64,000 nt of DNA from an uncultured delta proteobacterium (GTDB lineage Bacteria > Desulfobacterota > RBG-13-43-22). Under the pieces are notes generated by a model. That model saw only the letters and a list, made by a program, of their open reading frames with translations, searched no databases and was not told where the DNA came from. The position numbers were made by a program, and so were the translations under genes. Below are positions 61,215 through 64,000 of the stretch, piece by piece; positions within the stretch are counted from its first letter, which is position 1; each line of letters starts with the position of its first letter. Location of the stretch: NCBI GenBank assembly GCA_963790475.1, contig CAWBOS010000011.1:32001-96000 (forward strand). The letters are read 5' to 3'.

Positions 61215-61982
61215 TCAACCTTCTTCCGTCCCCAGGTAGGCTTTGATCACTTCGGGATCTCGCTTTATGACTTCCGGCGATCCTTCGGCGATCTTTACGC
61301 CGTACTGGATCACAACGACGCGGTCACAGACCCCCATGACCATCTTCATATTGTGTTCCACCAGCACAATCGTCTTCTTCAATTCGGTTCTAAGGCGACG
61401 AATTTCTTCGGTCATGGCCAGGGCTTCCGGAGGGTTCATGCCGGCTACCGGCTCATCCAGCATTAAAATCTGGGCATCCGTGGCCAGGGCCATGGCTATA
61501 CCCAACATCTTCTGATATCCGTAGGGAATGTCCTTGGCGGCGATATCTTTCTTGTCTTCTAATTGTAATCTTTTCAGGGTGGACAGGCTTTTCTCCCGCA
61601 CCTCCTGTTCCCTGGCGCCATAGGACTTGGTATGCAACATGGTCTTCCAAAAGCCGGAATCTTTGTAGAGATGATGGGCCAGGATAAGGTTTCCAAGACA
61701 GGAAGTGGCCGGAAAAAGACCGGCTCCCTGGAAGGAACGAACGACCCCTTTTCGAGCGATAGCATCCGGTCTCATACCGACCAGGCTTTTTCCCCGGAAA
61801 ACGATATCCCCCTGGGTCGGTTTTATAAATCCGGAAATAATATTGAAGAGGGTCGTTTTCCCCGCCCCATTAGGCCCGATGATCCCCAAGATTTCCCCTT
61901 CCCGGACTTCGATGTCGACCAGGCTCAAGGCCCTTAATCCCTTAAAATCTCGGGATACCCTTTTGATTTCTAAAATAGCCAT
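61215..61982 (-). CDS. LivG-like ABC ATPase
   Basis: GPNGAGKT, LDEPVAG, VEH, VIKAYLG. Confidence 0.92.
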   Translation of the reverse strand: MAILEIKRVSRDFKGLRALSLVDIEVREGEILGIIGPNGAGKTTLFNIISGFIKPTQGDIVFRGKSLVGMRPDAIARKGVVRSFQGAGLFPATSCLGNLILAHHLYKDSGFWKTMLHTKSYGAREQEVREKSLSTLKRLQLEDKKDIAAKDIPYGYQKMLGIAMALATDAQILMLDEPVAGMNPPEALAMTEEIRRLRTELKKTIVLVEHNMKMVMGVCDRVVVIQYGVKIAEGSPEVIKRDPEVIKAYLGTEEG

Positions 61983-61993
61983 ACCCTTTCCCT

Positions 61994-62998
61994 TTAACCC
62001 GGAGGCCCCTGGACCGACAAGCTTTTCTCCTGCTTTTTAAAAAGGGTTTTCACCTTCGCCGGAAGGCTGAGGAGACCCTCGGGAAGGATGAAGGTAACCA
62101 GAATAATGACACCCCCGTAAAAAATGTAGACCCAGCGGGCATCGACGTTGAGCAACCAGGATTCGATCATGACCATCAAGAACCCCCCCAGCATCCCTCC
62201 CAGAGCCACTGATGCGGCTCCGCCTACGGTGGCCTGAATCTGAACAATGATGGATTGGAGAACGGAGTAACTTCCGGGATAGAGACAACCATAGTAGTGG
62301 GCGGTGAAGGCCCCGGCAACTCCGGCAAAAAAACAGGCGGTCACAAAATTGATCACTTTGTATTTTCGCGGATAGACCCCCAGGCTCTCGGCCAGGTCCT
62401 CATTTTGCGGAAGGGACTTAAAAATTCGGCCGAGAGCTGAACGATCCATACGCCACATAAATAGCCCGCTGACTAAGAGGATCAGCAGCAAGATGTAATA
62501 ATTGGAAAAAGGAGAATCGAACTGAATCCTGCCCCATCCGGGGAGAGTCAGAGGATTGAATTTGGGTATTTCCAGAATGCCTCCGTGGCCGCCGAAAAAT
62601 TCCAGACTTGAAAAAATTAAGCGGACCACTTCGGCAAAAGCAAAGGTGATGATGGATAACGATAGCCCCCGGATTTTAAGAACGACCATCCCCAGGGCCC
62701 AGGCTACCAATCCGGAGGCGACTCCTCCGCCCAGAAGCCCAATCCAGGGACTGATCCCGAGCTTCTGGCCCAAAAGAGCCGAGGTATAAGCCCCAATGGC
62801 CAAAAAGGCCACCTGCCCCAGGCTTAAACAACCGATCCGTAAGATCATCAGCCAGCCCATGGCCAGGATACTGGCTACCCCGCAACTGATAAACATACCA
62901 ATACGGGCCGGGTTGGGAAAAATAATCGGTAGGAGAATCAGTACCAGAATCAGGACGATCAGTCCCAACCCCTTTGGGTTTCTTTTAATGAAACTCAT
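61994..62998 (-). CDS. LivM-like ABC permease
   Basis: LSLGQVAF..IGAY, ITFAFAE, PEGL. Confidence 0.9.
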   Translation of the reverse strand: MSFIKRNPKGLGLIVLILVLILLPIIFPNPARIGMFISCGVASILAMGWLMILRIGCLSLGQVAFLAIGAYTSALLGQKLGISPWIGLLGGGVASGLVAWALGMVVLKIRGLSLSIITFAFAEVVRLIFSSLEFFGGHGGILEIPKFNPLTLPGWGRIQFDSPFSNYYILLLILLVSGLFMWRMDRSALGRIFKSLPQNEDLAESLGVYPRKYKVINFVTACFFAGVAGAFTAHYYGCLYPGSYSVLQSIIVQIQATVGGAASVALGGMLGGFLMVMIESWLLNVDARWVYIFYGGVIILVTFILPEGLLSLPAKVKTLFKKQEKSLSVQGPPG

Positions 62999-63851
62999 AT
63001 TCAACTCCAAATAGGCCCCGGGGCCTGAACAGAAAAACAGCAATGACCATGATAAACGAGGCCACTTCGGCGATGGGTCCTAAATAGGTCACTCCGATGG
63101 ATTCCATGAATCCGATCAGGAGACCGGCCAGAATGGACCCTTCGATACTTCCCATTCCCCCTACCGCTACAATGAGTAAAGCTTTGAAAACGAGGCTGCC
63201 TCCCATAAAAGGGTTGATATAAAAAAGAGGCGTAATAACCGCTCCGGCAAAGGCGGCCAGGAAAGAGGCTATACCCATGACCAGAAAGCGGATGGATCGA
63301 ATATTTATCCCCTGAAGACTGGCCACCTTGGGATTTTCGGCCAGAGCCCGGATGGCAATACCCTGTTTGGTTTTTTGAATCCATAGATACAGGCCTATAA
63401 CGACAATCCCGCATAAGACAACCACCATGATACGTTCCAGGGAAAGGGTGGCCCCCATCAGGGAAACGGTCCCTGTAAAATAGGAACCGATCGAAACGTC
63501 TTCCCCTTCAAAAATGAAAGCCAATATTCCTTCCAGGACCATACTCACTCCGAGTATCGCCCCCAAGGAGGCTACCTTGACCTTGTTGGTCAAGGGATAC
63601 AAGATGGCCCACTCGATTAAGATCCCCAATCCGCCTACACCCCCCATAGCCAGGAGTGTGGCCAGGAAATAATTAACGCCTGCCCATTTGGACAAGGCGT
63701 AGACGAGGTAAGCCCCACAAATATAGAGCGTTCCATGGGCAAAGTTCAGTACCCGCAAAATCCCGAAGATTAAACTGAGACCCAGAGCCAGTAAAATATA
63801 ATTAGCGGATAAAACAAGGCTGTTGAGAATGGCTTGCATCAATTCGGTCAT
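62985..63851 (-). CDS. LivH-like ABC permease
   Basis: LSLIFG...LNFAHG, GGMGS, RPRGLFG. Confidence 0.9.
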   Translation of the reverse strand: MTELMQAILNSLVLSANYILLALGLSLIFGILRVLNFAHGTLYICGAYLVYALSKWAGVNYFLATLLAMGGVGGLGILIEWAILYPLTNKVKVASLGAILGVSMVLEGILAFIFEGEDVSIGSYFTGTVSLMGATLSLERIMVVVLCGIVVIGLYLWIQKTKQGIAIRALAENPKVASLQGINIRSIRFLVMGIASFLAAFAGAVITPLFYINPFMGGSLVFKALLIVAVGGMGSIEGSILAGLLIGFMESIGVTYLGPIAEVASFIMVIAVFLFRPRGLFGVEYEFH

Positions 63852-64000
63852 GATGATTCATTCCTCTATTAAGGTCATTCGAGAGAGAAAGCGAAATCTA
63901 ACCATAGAATTAGGGTGAAAGAATCTAAGGGGTCACCTCCATAAAACTTTCTAAATATTTCACCTGCCCCTTCCCGACAATCTCACTGTACGGTACGGGA

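Overview
The window is bacterial chromosome, and its gene content suggests an anaerobic Desulfobacterota/deltaproteobacterium (inference). Housekeeping and metabolic genes include tRNA-Phe, rsmE, prmA, larB, cobT, acs with an AcuC-like deacetylase, glgX, thiolases, acyl-CoA ligases, a Liv-type ABC plus acyl-CoA catabolic operon, and cstA with two ArsA/Get3 ATPases. Many palindromic intergenic repeats are interspersed. Highlights: (1) A three-gene locus (6456-9549) pairs a FapF-like outer-membrane barrel and a FapD-like C39 peptidase with a cysteine-free phospholipase A2-like secreted protein instead of amyloid subunits. Both the cargo and the barrel carry an L-x7-VRG double-glycine-like motif. 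(2) Two apparently identical 1.6-kb IS110 elements sit at a CT core inside copies of one palindromic repeat family. Their 3' end folds into a bridge-RNA-like structure whose loops match target and donor, and circularisation would build a TTGACA-17-TATATT promoter. (3) A decaying integron cassette array (attC sites, hicBA) has no integrase in the window. (4) An uncharacterised cstA-small protein-arsA-arsA module is present. A cluster of small indels at 19.4-21.3 kb is probably assembly error.
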